Source of the DNA: a virus
Lineage: Duplodnaviria; Caudoviricetes
DNA length: 64,000 nt
Virus record (IMG/VR): IMGVR_UViG_2558860994_000004
Coordinates: 1-64,000 of that record
Strand: one strand, 5' to 3'
The notes under the pieces are model-generated. The model had not been told where the DNA came from. It ran no database searches and saw only the letters and a program-made list of their open reading frames with translations. A program made the position numbers and the translations under genes. Positions 55,188-64,000 of this stretch are shown here, piece by piece (the first letter of the stretch is position 1; each line of letters begins with the position of its first letter).

Positions 55188-58100
55188 ATGGTGTCGAAAA
55201 CGGATAAAACCGCCTTAAATCAAATTGACGTCGTTGCAAATCCCATTGCAGCGATTGATGCGATGATTGATGCGCTTAAGCACCAGCAGCACGAAAACTA
55301 CGAGTTTTTAACGGGTGAACCGGTTGCATCCATCCAGTCCGGCCAGATTAAGCCTGATGAGAAGGGTCATTACATCAAGGCGGCTGTTAACTGGTTTAGG
55401 GAGTGGATGGACAAAAATAGCCATGGGCAGGAATTTGAAAATGTGCAGCTAGGAACAATCATTATTGCGCCTAGTGGCATTAAATCAGCCATGAGTCATA
55501 AACCCCACCCAATTGATGTTCAGGCGCTACCGGCCTTGCCTTTGATTATTGAAAAAGCTGTTGTTCTCAGTAGAACAATGGATGATATGGGCAAACCATT
55601 AGAAAATATTGTGGTCGCGGCACCCATCGAAATTGACGCCAAAAAATATTATATGGTTGTTCGTTTAAGACGGCACACTGAAGATAAAAACGATAGACCC
55701 CGCTTTTATACGCAAGCGGTTACTATTGCAGAGGACATAAAAAAAGGACACATCCCTTCAGACCAAGTGACTGGGCAAAATAAATTGCTTACTCAAAATG
55801 GAGGACGTGTCCGTTTATTAAATGTACTGTATAGCGCTCTCAGTGTCAATAATCCAGCGACCAGCATTGTTACAGGCCGTACAAACACTGTAAAAACCCC
55901 AAAAGGCACCAAACTTGATACGGTTTTTGCACTGGTTGAAGCTGACAATGTAATTGCATCACACGATAGCACTGGCGGGACTAATCCTAAATTTCCGCAA
56001 GAATTGCAGCCGCGTGACCGTAGCCGCGAAGCCAGCCAGACATGGGTGAAAAAAACAGCGGCCAATCTGGATCCTGATAGTCTGGGTAAAACCAGCCGTG
56101 CAGACACCGGTGCGCCGATTGTTGGTGATGACTTGATTGTTGAATCCGGGAACGGTCGCACCATGGCGATTCAATTAGCGTACGCACGTGGTACCGCAGA
56201 GGAATACCGCGCTTGGCTGGTTGATGAGGCAGAATACTTTGGATTTAAGCCTGAACAGGTTGAAGCCTTTAAGCAGCCTGTACTGGTGCGTATCCGTAAA
56301 ACTGAGATTGACCGTGCCGCATTTGCAGTAGAAGCGAACCAGGATGATAAGCTGTCTTTGAGTGCCACGGAACGCGCCAAGGCCGATGCTCGCCGTATTG
56401 ATGACAATATGGCGATGCTATTTAACCCAAGCGAAGATGGGGATTTACTGGCGGCCAGTAACCAGAAATTTATACAGGCTTTTTTACAGTCCATTGGTGA
56501 TACCGAAGCTGCTCAGTATATTGGAACCGATGGCAAGCCAACGCAGGCACTAGTTTTACGCATTAAAGCAGCGGTATTTAGCAAGGCTTATAAGGATGAC
56601 CGTCTTTTAGAGATGGTGGCAGACCAGACCAAGCCAGACTTAAAAAATATGCTGAATGCATTAAGTGTTGCGGCGCCCAAGTTTATTGAGGCCCAAGCCA
56701 TTAGCCGGTTACAAACCGAAGATTTATCCAGTCAAATTGTTGATGGTATTGAAAGTGCCACTGACCAAAAGGTTATTGATGCGATTATTGCCGCTGCAAA
56801 CGTGGTGATGACCGCAAAAAATGACAACCATGACGTGACCGAGTTTGTTAAGCAGCAAGGCCTGTTTGGTGATTTACCGGATGGTGTGGCAGAGCTGGCC
56901 GTATTCCTATCCAAAAATGCCAGCAGTGCCAAAAAGATGAGTCTGTTATTCAAAGCTATGGCCAGCTTTTTGGAAAAACAGGCAATTGACCAGAGTAACA
57001 ATAGCCTGTTTGGTGATCCTGAGCCGCTGAGCATGCGAGAGGTCATTCAGCATGCTGTTGGTGTACTTGAGCAAGAATATGGCGATAAAGCCAATTTAAG
57101 CATGTTTGATGATTTAGGCTTTCTAGAGCCTAAGTTATTTGACCAGATTTTTAAGTCCTACGCCCGCACTGGGGAATGGACACCAACAAAATATCTGGAG
57201 CAAATGGATGCGTTGCGTCGTATTTTCTTTGCAAACGGCTGGGGACGTGAAAGACGTACTAACGGCTTCATGATCAAGCCTTGTGGTGAACGCAAAGTAC
57301 GTCTTATTAAATATGCCGATGATGATAAATTTTTTGTCAGCATCGTTGATTTAGATGAAAAATTAATCACTGAAATTGTAGGTTGTGATAATAAGGCCAT
57401 TCCTGAAATCATTGCTGAAATTAATAAATATCTTAATGAAGATCAGCAACTATCATTAGAAAAGTCTGGCTTTGATTCGGTTGATGGCAATGATCAGATT
57501 GCTATGGTGCCTAAGGTTGATGCTAGCAATACATGGATGAATGGGCAAATCATTCCATGGTCAGAAAATCCTGAGACTGATTTTGCGCATTCCATGAAAT
57601 TGCCATCTTCCGGTCAGCTTGGTGATAAGGTTTGTTTTCATGTCTGGGCAAATGAAAGTAAAGAGTCAAGGGTGAGAATAGATGCATTTATTGCAGATAT
57701 TAAGTTTAAGACCAGTAAAGTATGGTATGGACTGGCCATGCGCATTGCTGATACGCGATTTGCGACACTGATTTACTTACCTAGTGGGACTTTTGATATT
57801 TTAACCAGTCATGAAAGTGTAGACGGTTATGATGCCTTACTCACCATGGAAGAGATATGTCGGCATAACTGTTTGCGTACTGATATTGATAAGCAAGCCC
57901 ATGAAGCCGCCACGTCACCTTACAATGATTTGCCAGAGCCGACTGAAGCACAAAAAATTTCAGGGGATTATGTGAAGGGCAAGCTATCAATTGCGGGTGT
58001 AGATATAGCGATTGAAAATCCGGCTGGTTCTACACGCTCAGGCGTTGACGCCAGTGGAAAGGCTTGGCAAACCACGATGAAGCATCACTATGGCTACATT

Positions 58101-58772
58101 GAAAATACCATGGGTGCCGATGGTGATGAGCTGGATGTATTTGTTAAAACTGGTTTGAATGAATATACCGGCATTGTGTATGTCATCCGCCAGCTTGATC
58201 CAGAAAGCCTAGATTTTGATGAACACAAGATCATTATTGGCGCGTCTACATTAGAAGAAGCCCAGCAAATTTATTTGTCTAATTATGAATCGGGCTGGCA
58301 GGGGATGGGCAGTATTGAAACGCTATCCATTGAAGATTTTAGGAACAGGCTGGGTAAGACCTGGACGCAGTTTGATTCGATTGGCCAGCACGTTGAGCCA
58401 ATCACTGTTCTGAATCAGCTTATTGGCATCTTGCAGGCCAAAAAAATCACTGACCAGCAGCAGTTAATGGAACTGCGCGAGGAAATTCGCACCAATGAGC
58501 AGACCGCCCGTTATTTGATGGGTGGCCGTAAGGGATTGTGGGGCCGCACAACCAATGCGGACAATAAACGCAGTGCTGAATTGTCAAATTTACGCCTGAA
58601 ATACCAGCTGGCACTGAATCATTTTATTGCCCTGTATTCCATTGACAAGCGGGAAGCCCGTACCTTTAATTTACGCCATGGCGTCAATTCTTTTGATTCC
58701 ATCGAAAATGACCAGATACACCCAGTATTTCATGCGATTTATGGGCATGGAAACCACTGGAACAGCGCATAA
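55188..58772 (+). CDS. ddrB: DdrB-like polyvalent protein (LPD3-like + DdrB-ParB + inorganic-pyrophosphatase-like domains)
   Basis: ParB-like ELQPRDRSR...GAPIV...VESGNGR; InPase PTEAQK..G.Y.KG...IENPAGS.RSG...HYGYI...GADGDELDVFV. Confidence 0.75.
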   Translation: MVSKTDKTALNQIDVVANPIAAIDAMIDALKHQQHENYEFLTGEPVASIQSGQIKPDEKGHYIKAAVNWFREWMDKNSHGQEFENVQLGTIIIAPSGIKSAMSHKPHPIDVQALPALPLIIEKAVVLSRTMDDMGKPLENIVVAAPIEIDAKKYYMVVRLRRHTEDKNDRPRFYTQAVTIAEDIKKGHIPSDQVTGQNKLLTQNGGRVRLLNVLYSALSVNNPATSIVTGRTNTVKTPKGTKLDTVFALVEADNVIASHDSTGGTNPKFPQELQPRDRSREASQTWVKKTAANLDPDSLGKTSRADTGAPIVGDDLIVESGNGRTMAIQLAYARGTAEEYRAWLVDEAEYFGFKPEQVEAFKQPVLVRIRKTEIDRAAFAVEANQDDKLSLSATERAKADARRIDDNMAMLFNPSEDGDLLAASNQKFIQAFLQSIGDTEAAQYIGTDGKPTQALVLRIKAAVFSKAYKDDRLLEMVADQTKPDLKNMLNALSVAAPKFIEAQAISRLQTEDLSSQIVDGIESATDQKVIDAIIAAANVVMTAKNDNHDVTEFVKQQGLFGDLPDGVAELAVFLSKNASSAKKMSLLFKAMASFLEKQAIDQSNNSLFGDPEPLSMREVIQHAVGVLEQEYGDKANLSMFDDLGFLEPKLFDQIFKSYARTGEWTPTKYLEQMDALRRIFFANGWGRERRTNGFMIKPCGERKVRLIKYADDDKFFVSIVDLDEKLITEIVGCDNKAIPEIIAEINKYLNEDQQLSLEKSGFDSVDGNDQIAMVPKVDASNTWMNGQIIPWSENPETDFAHSMKLPSSGQLGDKVCFHVWANESKESRVRIDAFIADIKFKTSKVWYGLAMRIADTRFATLIYLPSGTFDILTSHESVDGYDALLTMEEICRHNCLRTDIDKQAHEAATSPYNDLPEPTEAQKISGDYVKGKLSIAGVDIAIENPAGSTRSGVDASGKAWQTTMKHHYGYIENTMGADGDELDVFVKTGLNEYTGIVYVIRQLDPESLDFDEHKIIIGASTLEEAQQIYLSNYESGWQGMGSIETLSIEDFRNRLGKTWTQFDSIGQHVEPITVLNQLIGILQAKKITDQQQLMELREEIRTNEQTARYLMGGRKGLWGRTTNADNKRSAELSNLRLKYQLALNHFIALYSIDKREARTFNLRHGVNSFDSIENDQIHPVFHAIYGHGNHWNSA

Positions 58773-58798
58773 AAGCACCAATTACCAAGCCTTAACAT
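58758..58798 (+). promoter_or_regulatory. GGAAC-box late promoter candidate (darB)
   Basis: TGGAACAGCGC-...-TAACAT, 29-nt spacer. Confidence 0.55.
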
Positions 58799-58834
58799 AG
58801 GTCAATCTAAAAAAATACCTATGTTGAGGTCTGC

Positions 58835-61800
58835 ATGTCTGCGGTGGTTAATTTAAGTCAATTTGTGGTTACACCCTTAACTGTAATGACTGCTATTGAT
58901 GCAATGATAGCGGTCTTACAGCAAGCGAATGGTCAGCATATCCCGCTGTATCAGTTTAGCGAAAAGATAACGCCTGCTGCCCGCCAGCGTGCCAACAATG
59001 AGGCAGTTGCATTACTGCGGGCTGTCCAAAATGACGATGTAAAGCAACTTACACCAGAACAAAAACTCATTTTATCCCGCTATACCGGCACGGGTGGCAA
59101 CCTGATTGGCGAAGATGGCTTAAAGGGCAGTGCGTACGAGTACTACACACCAATGCCAGTGGCACAAGCCATGTGGGACCTATTAAAAGAACAGGGCTTT
59201 GCTGGTGGGAACGTATTAGACCCCAGCTCAGGCACTGGTATTTTTGCTGGTTGCGCCCCTGCCGATATCCTCATGCACAGTGTTGAACTCTCTGATATAT
59301 CCGGCAATATCAATAAACTGGTCAATGATAGTGATAAGCATGCAACCACAGTGGCCCCGTTTGAACAGGTCGCGGCCAGCACTGATGATGAAATTTTTGA
59401 TGCAGTCATTACCAATGTGCCGTTTGGCACCAATGCCGACCGTGGCAAAAACAAGAACCTGGACAATAAATATCAGCGTGACACGCTGGAAGAATATTTT
59501 ATTAAGCGGTCGCTGGATAAATTGCGTCCCAATGGTTTAGCCGCCTTTATCGTTCCTACCAAAATTTTAGACAACAGCAGCTTTAAAAAGTTTCGTCAGC
59601 TGATTTTATTGCGTGCCGATCTAGTCGGCGCTTACCGCCTGCCCAATAAAGTGTTTGACGCCACTGGAGCAGATGTCACGACCGATATCATTATTCTTAA
59701 AAAATTTAACCAGGATGTCAGCGAGAAAATCACCAACCTGTATGAAAACGGTGGACTGCAAACCCTGCAAGCCGCACGGGTGCTAGATACCGATATTGTG
59801 GCCGGGCATTACTTTAAAACCTATGGCAAGTCTTACGTGCTGGGTGAAACCGTCAAGGGCAAAGGCCGTTTTGGTGAAGTGGAACGGGTAGTTAATGATG
59901 ATTCATTGGCCAATATCCTAAAACTGGTGAAGCGTTTTCCTGAATCACGTATTGACTATAACTTGCTGGAAGTTACCCCCGAATTGACCGAAATTACTTT
60001 TAATGACGGTGATATTCGCCGTATCGATGGCGCCACATTCCAGATGAAAAACGGCGAGTGGCAACAGGTGATTGAACGCTTTAACGTGGATGAATCCTTA
60101 TTTGCAACGCCATACGCTTTATTGTCTGGCAAAGGGGATTATCCAAAGCTGGTTGAATATGTTGCTTATTGCGCGGCCAATGCCAAGCGTCCGCCAGAAT
60201 GGCTATCTATCTTTACACAAGAGGTCGAAAAGAACGCCGCTACATTTGGCTTCTGGTTATGTGTGTTGTCAGTACTGGATGCCCTAAAAACTGATAATGG
60301 CACATTTCCCTATGCAGAGCGCTATTCGGCACTAACCGCGCAAATGGTCGGTTATGCAGATGCCTACCTTAAAAAACGCTACAAACCCAAAAATCAGGAT
60401 TATAAACGCTATCTGCACACCATCAGCATTGCCTTTGATAGCAACATGCCTGATGGTATTTCACGATTCTGGCGCGGTGATACCAGTCAACTGGCAGCCG
60501 TACAGCCACTGCATACCCAAGCTGCTTATGAAAATGCGGTGTACCGAGGTATTGCAGAAAACTGGCAAGTCGATGTAGCTGTCATTCAGCAAAGCAATCC
60601 TGATTTTGACCCAATGACTGATGACAATTACTGTATCAATCAGGATGGCAGCAAAGTCACGTTAAAGCGCGACTATTATGTTGGCAACTATCAGCAGTTT
60701 TTAACCCGGATTAACAGCCAGATTGACGCAGCAACGGATCCTGTCATTAAGGAAAAACTGATTCGGCAGAAACTGGCCGCTGATGCCATGATTCAGGCAA
60801 TCGATGTTTGTAAGCTCAACTATGACCTAATGGCCAGCACCATACCGATTGAAATCAAGTATCGCTACTTTTCAGAATTTATTGATGACAAGGTACTGAT
60901 TGATGCAGACCATCGGCTAGTTTTGGATGAAAAACCGGATTCTGTTATTGATCTGGTCAAATACCGTTTAAGCGGCAGTAAGGCACTGGAAACCGGCAAG
61001 ATGGATGAGGGCAATAAGGCGCTGCGCTACTTTATGCTCAACCGGATTTTTAACTCCATCAACAACAACCAGCGTCTTTATGTGAAAACTGAGGACAACA
61101 TCAACAAGGATACCAAAGCCAAGCTGCTTAAAATCCTGACCGATTATTACAATACCTTGAATGTCAGTTTTGATGCCTGGTTGAAATCCAATGATGAGTT
61201 CATGGCCCAGTTGGATCAGCAATTTAATGCCCCTGAAAACAAGGTTTTTCCGGTGCAACTGGATGATTCACCATTAACGATTGATGGCTTTAATCCCAAA
61301 AGAGAAGGTTTTATAGCATTAAACGGCTACCAGAATGAGGAAATTCGCCGGCTGTCACGCCATTTTGCGGGTATGTGTGGTTTTGACGTGGGGCTGGGTA
61401 AAACCCTAACCGCGCTGGCTGCCATGCAGAATATGCATAATATTGGCATTAAAACCCGTACGTTTGTAGTGGTTCCCAACCATACCATCAGTAAGTGGTT
61501 TAACGATGTCAAAATGGCTTATGACTACGTAGACGATGTGCTGGTGATTGGCAGTAATCAGGGTAAACAGGACGCCGTAGACTCCAAGTTTAATGCAGCA
61601 GATTTTGCAGCACTGACCAAGCCGGAAGGGAAGCATTATCGAAAAATCCTGATGACCGTGGATGCATTCAATATGATTCCGCTGCGTCAGGCGACCATTG
61701 AAACCCATTTTTACCAGACTGAAGGTATTGCCACCGACCGCAAGCAGGACCGCGAAAAGCAGGACGGTGATTTAAGTAACCGCATCAAGAAAATCAACAA

Positions 61801-64000
61801 GTATGAAAGCAAGTTGCCCTATTTTGAGGATATGGGCGTTGATTCACTGGTATTTGATGAAGCCCAGCTATTCAAGAATGGCAAGGCTGGCGGCGGCCAA
61901 TATGACCGTATCAAAGGCCTGTCATTGCTGGCCGAGAGTGCTTTATCGGCGCGTGCAATCAGCGCGGCCATTAAATCCTGGTATATCCGTGGCCGTAACG
62001 GTGAATTGAATGATGGCGTAGTCTTGCTGACTGCAACGCCATTTACTAACTCGCCGGTTGAGATTCTAACCATGCTGTCACTGGCAGTCGGTGATAAGGA
62101 AGCCATGCGCGAACTGGCGGGTACTTCCATTGCCAGCGTTGATGATTTCTTAAGTACCTTTGCCAATATTGACCAGATTGAGCAGGAAAATATTGTCGGT
62201 GATCTGGTATCAGTTGATACTTTTACGGGCTTTAAAAACGTGCAGTTATTGAAGGATGGCATTCACAAGATTGCTAATATCCAGACCGCCCGGGAGCGTG
62301 GCCTTAAAATTCCTGATGAAGAAAATCATACCGTGGTCATTGACCTGGTGGATGACGACAAGGCAACCCTAAACCAGATGAAAGGGTTTTATGCACTGGC
62401 CAAGGAAATGATTAACGGCGGTGGTGTGATTGCCGATAAAGATACCTTTGAGGCCTATGAAGCCTATAAGGAAATGCTTGGTGAAACGGATGAGCTACTG
62501 GCTCACCCGTTCAACCTGATTGCCCGCATGTCTGATGTGATCATGGCCGGTAGTGAAATGGGCCTCATGCGTATTGTACCCGTTGATTTTGCCCCTGATC
62601 AGCTGGAAGCCGCGCGCAAATTGGCTGACCAGTTTAATGCCAAGAAAATCAGCATTAAGACAACCCGCCGTTTTCCGGGCGTTGATAGCGAACTAATGAC
62701 AGTCAAAATGATACAGGACAATCAAGGCGAGCTAATGCCACAGTTTACTATAGGCTGCCGTGTTGATCTGGATGATCATAATTCGCGGTTAATCCTAAAT
62801 GTGGATGATGCTGGCGTCGTCGCGCAGCTGATGGAAATGATTGATAAGGCAGGCCTACAGGTCCAGCCCAAGCTATCAGCTAAAGTTTCTGCCATGGTTG
62901 AAAACTATAAGGTTGAGCAGAGTACGCCAAAGCATCAGGGCCATGCCAAACAGCTTATTTTCTGCGACAACCTGGCGATGCAGCATGTAATCAAGCGGGC
63001 ATTGGTTGCTTACTGTGGGGTGAAATCCAGCCAGATTGCCATTATCAATGCGCAAACTCTACCAGATGGCAGCAAGGGCAGTCCTGATACAGAGCACATG
63101 CAGGAAGTGCAGGACAAGTTTGCCAGCAATGAGTTTACAACCGTCATTGCCAATAAAAAGGCTGAAACCGGTATTGATTTGCAGATTGGTACACAGGCCA
63201 TCCACCACTTAACAACGGGCTGGACACCAGACAGCTTACAGCAGCGTAATGGCCGTGGCGTACGTCAGGGCAATAAGCAGTCCAGCGTGGCAATTTACCA
63301 TTACAATGCCAATGGCACCTTTGATGAGTATAAGCAGCGCCTGATTGCTGGCAAGGCTGACTGGATTGACCAGTTGATGCAAAAGGATTCTGTTGTATCT
63401 GGAACCCTGAATGTGAGCCAGGAACTCAGTAAACAGGACTATGAGGACCTGATTAATGCTGATAGCCCTGAACAAATTGCTGCACTATTGCAGGCAAAAT
63501 CTATTCGGGAACAGGCCGAGCGTGCTGCACTGGTTGCCTCCAGAACCCGCTTGCTATATGACAACATGATCAAGGCCAAGAAACGCCCTAAACCCAGCAT
63601 TGAAGGGCAAGTACGTCAGATTATGGAGGTCGATGCCAAACGGCTAGGGGAACTGATCAAGAAGCGCGACAAGGCGGCCAAGCCTGAGGTTATTCAGCGT
63701 TACACCGACCAGATCAACCAGATTGCCCAGCGCTATGATGGCTGGTTCGATGGTGAGCTGACCAGTGATATGGTGATTAAGGGCATTGAGCGAAAACGGC
63801 AATATAACCGTAGCCCAAGTTTTAGTGAATATGATATTTACCGTGAAATGCGGACTGGAAGCCATGAAATGTCACGCTGGATCCAGACCAATGCCGACAC
63901 CCTGACCAATGATGTATTTAACCGTGCCCGTAGTGTGGTGAGCACAGCAGATAACATGATTCGTGCCACTGAAGAATCATTCTTGAATTATCAGGATAAT
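58835..64000 (+). CDS. darB: DarB-like giant adenine methyltransferase / SNF2 helicase (3'-truncated by the window; absent from the ORF track)
   Basis: GAGGT RBS and ATG 58835; RYTGTGG...YEYYTP, VLDPSSGTGIF, ITNVPFG, FDVGLGKT, FDEAQLFKN, LLTATPFTNS, QQRNGRGVRQGN; appears open to the window end. Confidence 0.88.
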   Translation, partial: MSAVVNLSQFVVTPLTVMTAIDAMIAVLQQANGQHIPLYQFSEKITPAARQRANNEAVALLRAVQNDDVKQLTPEQKLILSRYTGTGGNLIGEDGLKGSAYEYYTPMPVAQAMWDLLKEQGFAGGNVLDPSSGTGIFAGCAPADILMHSVELSDISGNINKLVNDSDKHATTVAPFEQVAASTDDEIFDAVITNVPFGTNADRGKNKNLDNKYQRDTLEEYFIKRSLDKLRPNGLAAFIVPTKILDNSSFKKFRQLILLRADLVGAYRLPNKVFDATGADVTTDIIILKKFNQDVSEKITNLYENGGLQTLQAARVLDTDIVAGHYFKTYGKSYVLGETVKGKGRFGEVERVVNDDSLANILKLVKRFPESRIDYNLLEVTPELTEITFNDGDIRRIDGATFQMKNGEWQQVIERFNVDESLFATPYALLSGKGDYPKLVEYVAYCAANAKRPPEWLSIFTQEVEKNAATFGFWLCVLSVLDALKTDNGTFPYAERYSALTAQMVGYADAYLKKRYKPKNQDYKRYLHTISIAFDSNMPDGISRFWRGDTSQLAAVQPLHTQAAYENAVYRGIAENWQVDVAVIQQSNPDFDPMTDDNYCINQDGSKVTLKRDYYVGNYQQFLTRINSQIDAATDPVIKEKLIRQKLAADAMIQAIDVCKLNYDLMASTIPIEIKYRYFSEFIDDKVLIDADHRLVLDEKPDSVIDLVKYRLSGSKALETGKMDEGNKALRYFMLNRIFNSINNNQRLYVKTEDNINKDTKAKLLKILTDYYNTLNVSFDAWLKSNDEFMAQLDQQFNAPENKVFPVQLDDSPLTIDGFNPKREGFIALNGYQNEEIRRLSRHFAGMCGFDVGLGKTLTALAAMQNMHNIGIKTRTFVVVPNHTISKWFNDVKMAYDYVDDVLVIGSNQGKQDAVDSKFNAADFAALTKPEGKHYRKILMTVDAFNMIPLRQATIETHFYQTEGIATDRKQDREKQDGDLSNRIKKINKYESKLPYFEDMGVDSLVFDEAQLFKNGKAGGGQYDRIKGLSLLAESALSARAISAAIKSWYIRGRNGELNDGVVLLTATPFTNSPVEILTMLSLAVGDKEAMRELAGTSIASVDDFLSTFANIDQIEQENIVGDLVSVDTFTGFKNVQLLKDGIHKIANIQTARERGLKIPDEENHTVVIDLVDDDKATLNQMKGFYALAKEMINGGGVIADKDTFEAYEAYKEMLGETDELLAHPFNLIARMSDVIMAGSEMGLMRIVPVDFAPDQLEAARKLADQFNAKKISIKTTRRFPGVDSELMTVKMIQDNQGELMPQFTIGCRVDLDDHNSRLILNVDDAGVVAQLMEMIDKAGLQVQPKLSAKVSAMVENYKVEQSTPKHQGHAKQLIFCDNLAMQHVIKRALVAYCGVKSSQIAIINAQTLPDGSKGSPDTEHMQEVQDKFASNEFTTVIANKKAETGIDLQIGTQAIHHLTTGWTPDSLQQRNGRGVRQGNKQSSVAIYHYNANGTFDEYKQRLIAGKADWIDQLMQKDSVVSGTLNVSQELSKQDYEDLINADSPEQIAALLQAKSIREQAERAALVASRTRLLYDNMIKAKKRPKPSIEGQVRQIMEVDAKRLGELIKKRDKAAKPEVIQRYTDQINQIAQRYDGWFDGELTSDMVIKGIERKRQYNRSPSFSEYDIYREMRTGSHEMSRWIQTNADTLTNDVFNRARSVVSTADNMIRATEESFLNYQDN

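Larger units (their letters stand above)
658..64000. mobile_element. Prophage integrated at tRNA-Leu: lambdoid early region plus P1-like myovirus virion and antirestriction module; right end outside the window
   Basis: The integrase stop is 17 nt from the tRNA 3' end; continuous phage gene content follows to the window edge. Confidence 0.93.

Noticed and set aside
21229-58798. Reading the GGAAC boxes as ECF-sigma (RpoE-type GGAAC -35) promoters
   Set aside because: No conserved ECF -10 (GTCnnA/TCTGA-like) is visible 16-17 nt downstream; the conserved element is a sigma70-like hexamer at 29 nt.
17964-63865. Many 60-200 aa opposite-strand or alternate-frame ORFs in the track (e.g. 17964-18584, 35809-36141, 40135-40662, 59143-59466)
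   Set aside because: They are shadows of long, motif-bearing genes and have no RBS or recognisable domains.
1-64000. CRISPR array or DGR template/variable repeat
   Set aside because: No regularly spaced direct repeats, no reverse transcriptase, and no adenine-specific repeat pair seen.
658-64000. attR (duplicate of the tRNA-Leu 3' end)
   Set aside because: No second copy seen; phage genes continue to the window edge.

Overview
The window holds about 430 bp of a host gene, a tRNA-Leu(TAG) gene (573-657), and then a large prophage that starts just after the tRNA and runs off the right edge. No attR is in view. The host is probably Moraxellaceae (Acinetobacter/Alkanindiges-like; inference from protein resemblance). 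The prophage is a mosaic. Its early region is lambdoid: int/xis, cI-cro-cII with five TAGG-N4-CCTA operators, Rha/antirepressor, DUF1376 initiator plus DnaC-like loader, and RusA. Its virion and antirestriction region is P1-like: prohead protease, intein-containing terminase, capsid, sheath, baseplate, tube, portal, Hdf, DarA, a DdrB-like polyvalent protein, and a DarB-like methylase/helicase that is missing from the ORF track. Highlights: (1) a TGGAAC-N29-YAnnnT motif in 13 exact-spacing copies at late-gene boundaries, a candidate late-promoter regulon; (2) a type II Thoeris cassette together with a membrane-anchored Tad1-like sponge domain; (3) FDS[I/V/L] motifs seen only in head proteins, candidate protease sites; (4) a tail sheath gene split by a single in-frame TAA, with a second free copy of its N-terminal domain. 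All protein family calls were made by eye from motifs, and no database search was run.
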